Under the pieces are notes generated by a model. That model did not search any database and was not told the origin of the DNA. It worked only from the letters and a program-made list of their open reading frames with translations. A stretch of DNA of 62,988 nucleotides, filler included, from Atractiella rhizophila (lineage: Eukaryota): the NCBI GenBank assembly GCA_021432655.1. It is 2 parts of one record of this genome, joined end to end, with 100 filler letters (N's around TTAATTAATTAA, not from the genome) between each part and the next. Parts side by side here need not be neighbours in the genome. Positions count along the whole stretch, not along the records: positions 1 to 31,892 come from MU271311.1; 1 more part is not named here. One strand, written 5' to 3'. The first letter of the stretch is position 1, and each line of letters opens with the position of its first letter. Below are positions 1 through 12,632 of the stretch, in pieces. Made by a program: the position numbers and the translations under genes.

Positions 1-976
1 TTTGGTGTGGCTGAAGGGTAGCAGCGAAGCCAGAGAGTTCTGACGGCGCGATGATGTGGTCTAAGAACATCTTGGAGAGAATGTTGCTGTGTGCGAGCAC
101 TTTCGTCCGCTCATCTCGATACAGCGCTGCAAGAAGACGCGAGCGTGCTGGCCCTGCAGGGGAGAGCACGGCGCAGTTGAGTGCCGCTGATCTGCGATCC
201 CAAACTCCAATCAATCTGTCTCGCATGACAAGCGGCATTGAGAGAAAGGGGACATACAAAGCCAGGTCTCTATCGCTCTCCGCCAGTTCACCCACGAACG
301 ATATTTCATGATACCTCAAACCCGCCTCCACAAACTTCCTTCTCGAATCCAGAATCTTCGCATGGTTGAGCTTGTACTTGAGATGTGTCTCTTTGTTGTC
401 CGTAGAGTTAATTAAGAGGGCAGCACGGTTATGAAATCCTTCAGCGGAGACGGTGTCATCATCCTCTAGTAACAGACGGACGATCCGGATGTAGATGTCT
501 AGCCGCTCAACATCTGAGAAGGTGCTGCACTTTCACAATTTAACTGATGAAGAATTGGGTGAAGGGGGACGAACCGGTGCCCTGACTCAAGGGGGATGGC
601 TTGCAAAACCTTTGCTGCCTCTGTCCATTCTTCATTGTTCTCGTAATAATCTGCAAGCTTGAGTCGAAGAGCGGTCGTCTGTTCCATCCGTCAGATTTGA
701 ATTAGACTCAATGAGACCCGTATAGCGAAAATGGGGTATAGATTTCAACATTCAGCTTTCTCTTTGACGCGATGTTAAGACGGTCGCATGAGAACGAAAT
801 TAACAGGCGATACGCTCGCTCAACTGAGCATATTAAGATAAAGACGCGTACCTGTTCCTCGAAGCTAGGGCCTGTAACAGCGACAAGCGATTCCTTTATT
901 ATCTCTGCCTTATTCGCAGGATCGCCTATCTTCTCTAATCCATCCACAAAGCTCTGGAGGATAGCCCGCGTAAGTA
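1..976 (-). pseudogene. 5'-truncated duplicate of CSN4 (copy of 2669-3643); continues off the left window edge
   Basis: 1-976 matches 2669-3643 with about 5 substitutions and one 1-bp intronic indel (counted by eye). It lacks the CSN4 start and first ~50 codons, which are replaced by Tra1-derived sequence. Confidence 0.85.
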
Positions 977-1843
977 CGATAGGCGTGACTGGCAGAATTC
1001 GATCCTCCAGGGTTGACAGAACTCCGATTATCAGACGGGGCAAGAGGAATATAGGTCCTGTTGATAGCAGCAAAGACATGTTGTCGCCAGGCAATCAAAT
1101 CACTCCAGATGTTAATGTCATCCCAATCATTCGGCAAGCGTTCTCTCCAAGTAGAAAGTACGTTCCTAAGTTCGACAGCTCGATTGTCTAAATTATTCTT
1201 GTCCGTGTTAGCCAGCGACATGTACACTTGGGCAGCTTCGTTGAGTTCGACGAATGACTGGAACATTTGAAGGAGCGGAATATGAGAGTCGGAAACGATT
1301 TCAGGAAGCGACCACCACTTTCGAAGGGTAAGTTGCGTCCCTTCTTCGATGGTCTTGAGGAAGGTTTGCCTATCGAAAGGAGTGCCAGAGTCTTGGGACT
1401 TGACAAGCTGCAAATACGCTTCCATAACTTTTCGACGCGGAGTGACTGGTGTATCTGCCGCCTGAAGTGCAGCCGCAATTTGATCTTTCTCTGGAGCCCA
1501 GTCTGGCTTGAGACGCCAATAGCACTCGAGGAGGAGGTCCTGATTTCCTTCCAGCTGAGCGAGCTCAGTGAGGATTTCCCACTGTTCGTAGCAGACAGAA
1601 CGTTCCTCAACCACCATGCCACACTAGAATAAAGAGTAAAGAGACACGGACGTTCTGCAGCTTTTGAGCCATATGAATCCAATGGTCCTCCCATAGCAAG
1701 TAATCAGTTTCAGGGAAGTGAAGGTATTGTCGCTTCCCCTGTAGCTGGCAGTTCTCGTACATCATTTGAGCCTCATTCCACATAGATGCCTGCTCGTATG
1801 CCAAGGCTACGCTCGTCGGCGAAGCCGTCGACTGGTTTGACAT
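977..1843 (-). pseudogene. TRA1: Internal fragment of Tra1/TRRAP (FAT domain), fused out of frame to the CSN4 copy
   Basis: Spliced translation (intron 1651-1582, GT..AG) gives ALAYEQASMWNEAQMMYE, LWEDHWI..AQKLQNWEIL, WRERLPNDWDDINIWSDLIAWRQHVFAAIN and SHAYR, recognisable Tra1 FAT-domain motifs. Only ~260 aa of a protein normally over 3500 aa is present. Confidence 0.85.
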
Positions 1844-2159
1844 GGTGGACGCGTTTCTGATAGCTCAGTTATAACGCAATAATGTTCAAAACATTGAACG
1901 TTGTTCAAAATCGTCGGTTCCGGACGTCCGCAGCAATGCATTTCTTTTCTCTGTCAGTGCAGTTTACTGCTTTATCATAGGTAGAACAATCAATTATGAG
2001 AGGACACAAGTGCTTAGAGGTTAGCATTACGCTTAGAAGTTTACAGAGCAGAAGTGGGATATGTTGACTTCAAACAGCTAATCAATTCATATTCTAACAC
2101 AATTACACAGTGAAATGGATTTTATTTTCATTGACTCTTAACGGTCCCCACGTCCTCGT

Positions 2160-3797
2160 TTAAACGGTTGCCATGATTGCTTCAACGCGGAAGGCGATTT
2201 CTTCAACCTTTAAAGCGGATTCCATCTGTCAGTATCCGATGCCTCCCCCAACAGGAGAACGACTCACGCTATTAGCAGTCTTTCGGATCTGCAAATCCCA
2301 TCTCTTCGTCTCCCTCGCTCCAAGTTCTTCCTCCTCCCCCTCTTCTCCATGTTTTGCCGCAACATTGGATACCATTCCTTCTGTTCCCACCCCCATTGGC
2401 TCGAACATGATGATCCTATCGACCTGATCAATCGAGGCTTTCAATCTGCCTTCCTGTACCATTCGTCGCGCCATCTGTTCTGCGGCCGAAGGTTTCAATC
2501 CGAGAAGAAGACCAACGCCTCCGAATGAGATGTTGTTGTAGATCCTCGATGCTGAGAGGAGATTGTGTTCCATCACGGCCTTATCAAGTAGCGTCTCAGG
2601 TCCTTTCTTCCCCTCCTCTTCCTCATCTTCAAAGCCACGAATTGGCGCAGAGGCGGCAACGCGAGCCATTTGGTGTGGCTGAAGGGTAGCAGCGAAGCCA
2701 GAGAGTTCTGACGGCGCGATGATGTGGTCTAAGAACATCTTGGAGAGAATGTTGCTGTGTGCGAGCACTTTCGTCCGCTCATCTCGATATAGCGCTGCAA
2801 GAAGACGCGAGCGTGCTGGCCCTGCAGGGGAGAGCACGGCGCAGTTGAGTGCCGCTGATCTGCGATCCCAAACTCCAATCAATCTGTCTCGCATGACAAG
2901 CGGCATTGAGAGAAAGGGGACACACAAAGCCAGGTCTCTATCGCTCTCCGCCAGTTCACCCACGAACGATATTTCATGATACCTCAAACCCGCCTCCACA
3001 AACTTCCTTCTCGAATCCAGAATCTTCGCATGGTTGAGCTTGTACTTGAGATGTGTCTCTTTGTTGTCCGTAGAGTTAATTAAGAGGGCAGCACGGTTAT
3101 GAAATCCTTCAGCGGAGACGGTGTCATCGTCCTCTAGTAACAGACGGACGATCCGGATGTAGATGTCTAGCCGCTCAACATCTGAGAAGGTGCTGCACTT
3201 TCACAATTTAACTGATGAAGAATTGGGTGAAGGGGGACGAACCGGTGCCCTGACTCAAGGGGGATGGCTTGCAAAACCTTTGCTGCCTCTGTCCATTCTT
3301 CATTGTTCTCGTAATAATCTGCAAGCTTGAGTCGAAGAGCGGTCGTCTGTTCCATCCGTCAGATTGAATTAGACTCAATGAGACCCGTATAGCGAAAATG
3401 GGGTATAGATTTCAACATTCAGCTTTCTCTTTGACGCGATGTTAAGGCGGTCGCATGAGAACGAAATTAACAGGCGATACGCTCGCTCAACTGAGCATAT
3501 TAAGATAAAGACGCGTACCTGTTCCTCGAAGCTAGGACCTGTAACAGCGACAAGCGATTCCTTTATTATCTCTGCCTTATTCGCAGGATCGCCTATCTTC
3601 TCTAATCCATCCACAAAGCTCTGGAGGATAGCCCGCGTAAGTAAGGTGCCAGCGCTGTCATTGACTACGGCAGCGAGAAAGGTGCGGAAGTCGGAAGGCG
3701 AAGCAGGCCCTTGAAATAACTCGTTGAGAAGCACTTGGTACGACGCTTGTCGTTCTCTTTGTCCCTGCTTAGAGATCGTGGAGAGGCGGTCATCCAT
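2160..3797 (-). CDS. CSN4: COP9 signalosome subunit 4 (multi-exon, complete)
   Basis: MDDRL start at 3797. Motifs SFEEQ, LADYYE..EEWTEAAKVLQAIPLESGHR, CAVLSPAGPARSRLLAALYRDER and PCI-domain AVMEHNLLSASRIYNNISF..ASIDQVD. Stop TAA at 2162-2160. Confidence 0.93.
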
Positions 3798-3951
3798 CTT
3801 GAGTGAGAGTCGCGTTTGTGATCTTGCAATGAACGGACTTGCCCTTGCGACAACTTGCGACATCGCGCGACCGGGTACGTACACCACTTCGTTCACTATG
3901 ATAACAGCTTGCCTTTCCCTACCAAACCAGTGGTGAGCTGAAGGACTGGCT

Positions 3952-4819
3952 TCAGGCGACAACACAATATTTTCCTGTTCCGCAGGTAACTGTGTTAACA
4001 GAAGGCTCCCTATAATCTTTCTTCCGTATTGTATCCTCTCCATTGTTCTGAGAGACAAAACCAATCAACGTAAACTTCGTGATTGCTTCAAAATGGACAA
4101 GAGAAGGCGTACAGAAGCAGAACCCTTAAAACGTCGAATCTCCCTCACCAACTCATAAAAAGCCTCCGCGACGTTTTCCCCTGTCAAGGCGGAAATTTCA
4201 AAATGGGCGGGCAAGGATCTGCGCCAGCTCCATGCCCTCTTCCGGTACTCTGATCAACCTTTTCTTTGCACACCTTCGATAGACAAAAGAGGACACACCG
4301 CAAACCTCCACCGCTCTCAATTGTCCAGCATCACATTTGGTTCCCGTGAGAACAATAGGAACATATTCCGCTTTCTAACCATAACAGATCATCCCAAATG
4401 TGGCGATGGAGTGGAAGAAATATCCGGTACCTTTAAAGCCAGAAGATATTGACGCACCTTGTGTACAAGTATGAAGGAGCGCCGGTCGGTAATATTGTAC
4501 AGAAGAGCATGTCCATCAGCTCTCTCAAGGTTGAGATTAAGGTCACTCCGACATTCGAGATCTCTGTTAACATCCAGTCAGCTAGGAGTGGGGACAGTCT
4601 CAAACGGCGCACAAAGAAGTAGAGCCTTCGAGTGGAAGGTCTGTCAAGTAAACAAGGTATCCTTCTTCGTCGCCATTGAAATGGCACACGGTCGACCTAG
4701 GTGACGTGTGGTCCCGTTGGATCATATCCCGTCGAATACACGCCAAAGACGAAGCGTCCCTGTGTCGTGGTGCGTCCTGAACCGAACATACCTAACAGTG
4801 TGATATTGTACATTGTCAT
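3952..4819 (-). pseudogene. Divergent Ras-family small GTPase with two frameshifts
   Basis: Manual translation: MTMYNITLLGMFGSGRT..YDPT, RADGHALLYNITDRRSF, VPIVLTGTKCD, EISALTGENVAEAFYELVREIRR and C-terminal CAAX (CGTGKYCVVA*). In-frame stops at 4699-4697 and 4200-4198 follow frameshifts. Confidence 0.75.
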
Positions 4820-5226
4820 GTTTTTAAGTTCTCAGAGAGTATTAAACCTTCCATGATGTTGCACTACGTCCCCGAGCCTGCTTGAGTATTAAAGTAAATG
4901 TAAGTTGAATGCTGAACCTTTCCTTAGACAGAACCGATACGAGTTGCGGGAGGTTAACTTGGATTCGACAATAACAGAGAGTACTGCCATGCCATTGGTC
5001 AACAAAGGTAGCGAGCGTGAAAGCGAATAACAACATAATAGTGCAGCAGGTCTTGTCTGAAACCACCGTAATGTAAGCCTTGTCTAGTCGTGTGCCTTTG
5101 TTCAGAACAAAGCTCACGACACATAGAAGTAGATCATTAAAGCAATCTTTCAGTCAATTCTGCAGCCATTTAAGTTCTAACAGCTTTCAGAGTTACTTTC
5201 CACCATTCACAAGGCAGCTAGAGAAG

Positions 5227-5724
5227 ATGCCTACAGAAGCTGCTTTGAATCAGTCTATCAATACTCCTACGCCAGCACATAATAAATCATTCACGAAAGT
5301 GGACACTCTGGCAATGCAGATGTTGACTGACGGAAGCGGATTAAGACTTGATGATGATGATGGAAGCAAAAAAGCGATATTACTCTTCCTCATCATTGTA
5401 GGGGTGATATTATTGTTGGTAACTGACGGAAGCGGATTAAGACTTGATGATGATGATGGAAGCAAAAAAGCGATATTACTCTTCCTCATCATTGTAGGGG
5501 TGATATTATTGTTGGTGCGTCAGGTTTTTCACTTATCGAATACCTGTCCTGACTTGAGGCTATAGATTGGGATTAATTGGGCTGCAAGGCTGTATTGGAT
5601 CCATAGAAAGCTAAAAGAGGACCAAGGCATGATGGCAGTGTTGCCCGCCAGTCGTAGAGAAGACAACGTTCCTAGAGCTCCTTGGAATTTAGAAAGTGAT
5701 CCCCGTTCGTTTTCATGCCTCTAG
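5227..5724 (+). CDS. Small hypothetical membrane protein with a duplicated hydrophobic segment
   Basis: ATG 5227, intron 5515-5565 (gtgcgt..ctgac..tag), exon 2 open to TAG 5722-5724; hydrophobic helix AILLFLIIVGVILLLV occurs twice. Confidence 0.55.
5326..5516 (+). repeat. Perfect tandem duplication, 96-bp period, 2 copies
   Basis: 5326-5420 is identical to 5422-5516. Confidence 0.95.
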
Positions 5725-6448
5725 AGATTTCACAATCGATATGATGGGCTATAGGGCAGTCGGTAATGACCTCCGAGTGGTCAAAAAACCTGAAGAAGCT
5801 TCGCATCGAGGTTCCCCCACAGCATTCATCAAACATTCGGCTTTCGTTCTCTGAATGAGCGCTTCAGCACAAAACACGCTTCGTTCCGGCATTTCATTAG
5901 CTTTGACCCTGTGGCCTGTAGGAGTGTAAATAAAAATAGTTGCGTCAATGCTCAAGAGGTAAAAAACGTAGGAAGAATTGCGGGAGCTTGCGGACATCCA
6001 TCACTTATCTCAGCCAGCATATCGAAGATAAGTGGAGCAATAGTGTATAGGACTTAATAGCCAATAACCCCAACCAAAAAGTGCGGAATGTCAGCGTCTA
6101 GTATCCGTTCAGAAGAGCGGTTAAAGCGGAGGCGGACGGGATATCCGTGCCGGTCCTTCCCAGAGCTCCACATCCCACAAACTCGCCCCGTTCCCACCCA
6201 TCTTCCTCCACACAAGCAAAAGGCGAATCGGAGCAAACTCCAACCGGACGTGACGATATCTGTCAGCGTTGGTGCTCTTGAATACCAGGCTGACTGTTCA
6301 AATTACATCGTTATCGCCAATCGATCCAAGAATGCTCTCTCGATCCGTCAACCACCTTCTACCAGGCGGACAACCGAAAGCTCCAACGGAGGAATGCCGC
6401 AATCGTTGGGGCCTAATTCAATGCTCGTTGAATAAAATAGCTGCAAGC

Positions 6449-7274
6449 ATGTTCAGAAACAACGCAACAGAGTGGCAAATGATCGTGCGAAATGTCAGTG
6501 AACACCGACATGAAAATGACTCCGTTATATAAGAACACCGCCTGTCTCGTCTGCAGATCGAGGAAAGTTCGGTGGGTAATATTTCCAATTCTTTTCTCTT
6601 CCAGTTCTCGAGGACAGAGTTAACCATTCCTTTCTGTTGCAACAGGTGTGATGGCGTTCGTCCAATATGCGGTAAGATACTTCCTCATTCCTCAGATTTG
6701 GGAGGCTTATCATCAGGTGGTGGGAGAAGGAACATGTGTCCGTAGCGCAAGAGCTCAACGCATACCTCCAGAAGAGAGGAACTGTACATGGCCCTCTGGC
6801 AGTCCACCTCCACCACAGTCCTCCATCCAGCCTAGCAACCGGTTGAGCAAGAAAGAAGAGCAAGAAAGGAAGATAGCTGAATTAGAAGAAAGGACGGGTA
6901 AGCTCATTCTCCCGCGGTATTTTCGAGTGTTTCTGACTAGTAATGATGGCGTAGCAAGATTGGAGGAACTTACTGAAGTCAACATTGAGTTCTTGAGACT
7001 ATTACGGTCACAACAGGCGACAATCAATGCAGCGGTCGTTCCATCTAGTAGTGCATCCCAGGTTGTAGAACAACCACCAACACGGCTGGTTCCACCAAAC
7101 AGTGCAATTGGGGATGGGGCAAACGGCGAAGCTTTTCTCCGAATTATGGGTCTGCTACCTTCCGCTCCTCTATATCATCCGATGTTTTCGGGTGAGGATA
7201 GAAAAAGTAGCGTGGAAACTTTGAAGACAAACGAAGAGCAAGGAAAAGGAGTGGAGGGCGAGTCAGTGACTTGA
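6449..7274 (+). CDS. Small Zn2Cys6 (Gal4-type) zinc-cluster protein; start uncertain
   Basis: Spliced exons give TACLVCRSRKVRCDGVRPICGTCVRSARAQRIPPEERNCTWP followed by a short coiled coil (RKIAELEER..RLEELTE). Confidence 0.8.
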
Positions 7275-7822
7275 CAGGGTAGCTTGTGGATGTTAGCGTG
7301 CATTTGGCCATTTACAACATATCGACACCGCAGAGGGTAATACAAAGGGTGACTTAAGTCACTTAAGGATCGTTATTTCAATGGTTGTTGAAAGCACACA
7401 AACATGTCTGTGTCAAAGAAATGGCTGGCGGCCATAACTGGACTGACGGAGAGCTCGCTTTTGAAGCAATCTCTTCTGCAATCCTTTCTGCAACACTTCC
7501 GTATATCGGTGGCATGCTTCTCAAATTGACGATTCAGTGCCAGCCATCGTACACGAGACAGCAAGAAAGAATGGTGACTCGCAGAGACAAGGAGAGGGGG
7601 CAAAATTGAAGAGCTCACCGTGAGAAGACACAAACTGTTACAAAATGTCCTCTGGCTCAGTTGCTGCTATAAATCCCAATATACTCTCTTGCTTAACTAC
7701 TCAATATGGTGGTTTGGCGTGATTGACATTCGACATGAGGATGAGATGAGATCACCGACGTCCTGGTGCGCATTCGATGACGACGCATTTAACAACCAAC
7801 AACTGGGCGAGCAGGCAAGAGG

Positions 7823-8542
7823 ATGCTCTCCGAATTGCTCACAAGAACACTCTCCATCCAGACCGAATCCCTCGTCTCTCTCATAATAACCATTGCAATC
7901 GCCTTCTTCCTCATCTATGCCCTGCTCCTAAGCATCTACCACACCATCCGCTCCACTTTCCTGCTCGCCAAATTCGTATTCAAATGGACGCTTGTAGCCC
8001 TCATATTCGCTGTTGTGCTTGGAGAGATGGGTGGATGGAGTGGATGGCGCTTTGGTGGTGGGAAGGTGGAGTGTGATGTGGATGGCGCAGGTGGTGGAGT
8101 TGCGAATGGTCATGTTGGCGTTGGTGGGACGGAGGGATGGAAGAATCCTTGGACTACGCATCAAGGGGAGAGATCGAACCCTTATTCTTCCCAGGCCCAT
8201 TCCCAGTTTCACGCCAGAAGTCCTGGTCATCAAGGAGAAGAAGAGCAACCGAATCCGCTCGACCTTCTGCTCCAGTTCATGAACCCCGACTCGACAGATG
8301 CGACTCCGACTTGCGATCCCAAGGACTCATCGTGTCTCAAACAGCAAGAGAAGCTAAGGAAGAATAAAGAAGGGATGAATGGAGCTGGGAGTGTTGGGAT
8401 GATGGTGATGAAGCAGGGAATGAGGTATTTCACTACACCCTTGTCGGAGTTGGTTGGTGGGTGGCGGACGAAGATTGAAGAGGTCTTGAGGGAAGAGATC
8501 GAGAAGGAAGAAGAGAGGAGAGGAACAAGAAATCGAAAATAG
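7823..8542 (+). CDS. Hypothetical membrane protein with N-terminal TM helices (possibly Apq12-like)
   Basis: 239-aa uninterrupted ORF with two hydrophobic helices and a charged C-terminus; the Apq12 resemblance is only a pattern impression. Confidence 0.65.
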   Translation: MLSELLTRTLSIQTESLVSLIITIAIAFFLIYALLLSIYHTIRSTFLLAKFVFKWTLVALIFAVVLGEMGGWSGWRFGGGKVECDVDGAGGGVANGHVGVGGTEGWKNPWTTHQGERSNPYSSQAHSQFHARSPGHQGEEEQPNPLDLLLQFMNPDSTDATPTCDPKDSSCLKQQEKLRKNKEGMNGAGSVGMMVMKQGMRYFTTPLSELVGGWRTKIEEVLREEIEKEEERRGTRNRK

Positions 8543-9185
8543 TCAGTTGGTGAGTATCTCTTTGACCGGATAAACTGATGGGGTGATGCGTCTGCTCTGC
8601 CAGAAAACGGCCAGAAAGGATTCGAGTTTCGTCGCTGTCGCTTCGTTGACTCAGCTTGGATAGACGTGTGAAAATGCTCCTTTGTGCTCTTACTCTTACA
8701 TCGTTTTTGAGCTTCTTTGAAGCTTTCAAAGTGCAGTCGCAGTGTGTTGTAGGAATAGTCAATTTGTTGTACCACTAAATTGACATCTGGCTCCTCTTCC
8801 AAGAGTCTGCTCCGTTGAATTGTCTCTCTACTCTCCATCACTATCTATCACGTTGTAGACTGATGGCATCCACCCTCGACCAAGGGTGAGATCTGTGGTA
8901 CGTCTTCCCGCTCCTGAATTTCCCAGATCCGCTTCCCGCTTTCCCAACTCGGACACTAACGAGAAAACAAGCAAAGCTTTAGCATTTGGCTATAAACACG
9001 AGCCTCGACATCGCGCTCCCTTTCCCTCTCTCGTAGCACCTCACTGTATCACAGCACACTCTTTCTTTTGCGACTTACTTTCAATCCATTTGTATCACAG
9101 CTCCCGACGAATATCATCCCAATCATTCCTAAACCACCAACTCTTAACGCTCAACGTTCGATCATCAGCCGACGATCTCTCACAA

Positions 9186-12100
9186 ATGTCAAGTCGCGTC
9201 CGTTTCTCAGTCGATGACGAAGGTCCATCCGCAACTGGAGACCGTTTCGTTGGGCAAGGAGGAGGAGGGAGAGGGAAAGTTGGTGGGCGAACTGGAGGAG
9301 TGAGAGGGGATGGATCCGATCCACCTGAATCCTACTTCTCCCCGACTACTCCTCGCGCCTCGCGGACCTCCCACATCGCTCCCCCTTCTCACCCTCGCGA
9401 ACCCGCTCCTGCTCTCGTCCTCGACCCTTACTCTTCTTTCCAACCCCAAGCTGCTCCTCTTCCTCCCGCTGGAGCTGGAGGAAGGCTGAATGCGGGTGGA
9501 CGGGTGGTCGAATATGGACCTAGAGCACTTTTGCCTGCGGACGATCCGTTCGGACCATCCCCTGTTCTTCCACATCCCCAAGGGATTGGTACGACAGTAG
9601 GGAAGCCGCAGAAACCGGCGTTGAAGCATTCGGAGACGCAGGACGTGGTCCAAAGGGCGAATGACGCAGCGAAGGATCTGGTGGCTAGTCACTCGAAGAA
9701 GGGATCGGCTGCTAATGTGAAGGTCGTGAGAGCCTATGGAGATATGGAGGAGACTAGAGTCGAGGGTGGAGGCAATGGAGTGCTGTCTACACTCCTTAAG
9801 TTGTATAATGGCCAAGAGGGCGTCATTGGTGGTGGCGGAACGAGGAAGAAAAGAAGACCTTCGTCTGATGATGAGGATAGTGGAAGTGAGGGAGAACGCA
9901 AGGATGGTGAGAAGGAGCAAGAGTGGACCGAAGGGAAGACTTCTGGATATGATTGGAGAGGTGGGAGGACGTACGATGGAGCGAGTGCAGGAGGAAGAGG
10001 GAGGAGGAGGACGGAACGGTCGTCGAGTGACGAGAATTGGAGAGAGAGCGAGTTGGATTCACACGAGACGGGAACATTCGTTGGGAAGGAAAGGAGACAG
10101 TCTATTCTCCTTTCCGACATAAGGTTTTCAGGGGGAGACAATAAGAGTTTTGAGGATCTGATCCAGAAGAAAGAGGAACAGATAACCCGTGAACTGGCTG
10201 GTTCGTCTTTTCTACGCTTCCTGTCCTGTCTTGTTATTGAGCATAATATATTGATGTGTGATGCACCGTAGACATTTTGCAACGTCAGAACTTCGTGCTC
10301 AAACTCGCCAAATCCCTCATGTCCTTCGGCTCTCCAAGTCATCGTCTCGAAGCCCAACTAAACGCCACTGCTCGTGCTCTCTCACTCAACGCTCAGTTTT
10401 TCCACATCCCTGGTGTTGTCGTCGCTTCTTTTGGGGACCAGGAGACGCACACTTCCGAGACTCGTTTGTTTCTCTCCTTTCGGAACAATCGGACAACGTG
10501 CTCAAGCGACATGGTTGGGCAATAGATTTCGTCAAAGGATCAGGAGGGTTGGCCCTCGGGAATCTCCATAGGACCCATGATGTCTACAGGATGATTTGCC
10601 ACGATGAGATTAGCGTGCAGAATGGAACGGCTGCACTTAACAGGCTGTTGAAAGCTGAGCCTTGCTACCCCTTGTGGATGGTATGTTGACTTCATATGCA
10701 TAAGCCTTTGGACTGATCGAAGAGTAGAGAGTTATTATGTCGACTATCTGCGCCGGACTTATTTCTATGATGGCGTTCGTGTTCTTCTTCTACCTCTTTA
10801 ATACAATAGTTTGACCCTATGTGTAGTTATGGAGGAAGTGTTCTTGATGCCGTTTGTCTCTTCATCAGGCGTCTTGCTGAGACTAAAGTGGAGGCACAGA
10901 TCATTTCTGCCATCTACGGAGCGGTGGTAGGATTTCTTCAGCTCAGACTAGCGAGTACAAATCCACTCTATGCTCCTATCTTCGAGTTAGATTTCGACAA
11001 ATGTTCCGAGCGCTTTTGATTAGTGATGTTCAGGATCTCGTCTGCCATGATCGTCAGCTTTGTGTCAAGGGGATTGTCTACCACCGGATACTTCTGCTAC
11101 GAGTCCCTCTCCTCCGCTGGGGTCGTCTTGATCCTTCCGGGATATTCTATCCGTGAATCGTTCCGTCGTCCACTTTGTACGTTAACTGACTCCATGTTGC
11201 TAGTATGCGGGTCACTTGAATTGGCATCGAAAAATATCGTTTGCGGTTCTGTGCGGATGGTTTATGCGATCATATTTTCCCTCTTCCTAGGCTTTGGGCT
11301 CGCCATTGGCTCCGGTGAAGATTCTCCTGCTAAAGACAGCCATCGACTGATCAATGGCTCAGATTTTTTCTACCTGCTGGCGCCGGGAGCTCGAAACGTT
11401 AGACAGAAGGACAATCAGCTTTGGGTCCTTCAGGAAAGTGGAACATTCGAATTGCGCAACGACACCGCTTACTTGTCCGGCTCATTTTCGTTCACAAATG
11501 AAACTGGCGAAATCCATGACAGCACTCAAGCGCTTCTGGAGAAAGGGAAGGTAAGATGTTTCCGCGAGCCGGAATGGCAATGGTACCGACAGAGCATCTC
11601 TGCTTGGTGGCTCATTCTCATGGTCCCTTTGTACTCACTGAACATGTCGACGAGAAATCTTCAGCACTTTAGAAGCAAGGAGTTGCCGGTTCAGGTGGTC
11701 ATTAGTTGCATAGGTTACGCCCTCAACAAACTAGCCAATGCATACGTTTGTCTCGCTCTGCACAGTCCCTTGATGCTACTTCCACCGACTGATGAAAGAG
11801 ATAGATTTTTAACCGCTCAGACGTCGTTTCCTTCCTAGGCTCTTTCATCATCGGAGTGTTGGGAAACATGTATTCTCGCGCCTTTAAAGGAACAGCCGTA
11901 ACAGCCATGGCTACCGGTGTTCTCTTCCTCGTCCCAGTTTGTCCTCCCCTCTTCGAAGGATGTCCCATAATTCGCTTTATTTCAGTCTGGTATAGCAGCC
12001 GCTGGTGGTTTAGCCATGACCAACATTCGGACTGGCAACTCTTACTCTGATGGGTGAGCTCTTTGAATTACTTTCATCTCTTGAATGATACGGCGCCGTT

Positions 12101-12310
12101 GACGCTCCCCTGCAATGGACGCGAACAGATTGATGATCGGATTCAGGATGGTCCAGGTTGCTATTGGCATCACGGTCGGACTCTTCTTCTCTTCTTTTGT
12201 TGTGTATAGCTTCGGGTCGAAAAAGAAGGGTGCCATATTTGTGAGCTTCACCACCACCCCTTCGCTCTTTAAAGGTGCTGATGCTGCTCAAATAAATGAA
12301 GGCGTTCTAG
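9186..12310 (+). CDS. ThrE/DUF1212-family multi-pass membrane protein (Prm10-like)
   Basis: Disordered N-terminus, then RQNFVLKLAKSLMSFGSPSHRLEAQL, SAGVVLILPGY, ELASKNIVCGSVRMVYAIIFSLFLGFGL and MVQVAIGITVGLF; final exon AF* ends at 12310. Confidence 0.88.
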
Positions 12311-12632
12311 CATGTCTTTCCTTGTCATATCTTTGTTTGAAGTTCGTTCTATTAGCGAGATTTGAAGAGCTGTTGAACAAATTACTCCCAACTGACTTGA
12401 TACCCATCCATAAACTGTGTTGCTGTCCTGCCTGACACATGGCGCCGACACCGACCATAGCTCGGCAATGTATCAGGAACTGAAACGCGTCCCGGCTGCT
12501 CTTTTGCACGCGTCTCGAAGCGCCTTCCGTCGATAAAACCAACTTTTTACTACTTCTCTGACCACCATCAGAGTTTCAACTTTCTCTTTCCTTCGCCCCA
12601 TCTCGCTATTGGATTTCAACATTAGGCACAAG

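Noticed and set aside
708..1094. ORF suggesting an in-frame Tra1-CSN4 fusion protein
   Set aside because: The Tra1 and CSN4 frames differ at the junction; this ORF's N-terminal part is an off-frame reading of Tra1.
8886..9185. N-terminal ORF-track extensions (also 26705-26878, 56846-57007, 3798-4064)
   Set aside because: They start at GTG/TTG and run through promoter or UTR-like sequence; downstream ATGs fit better.
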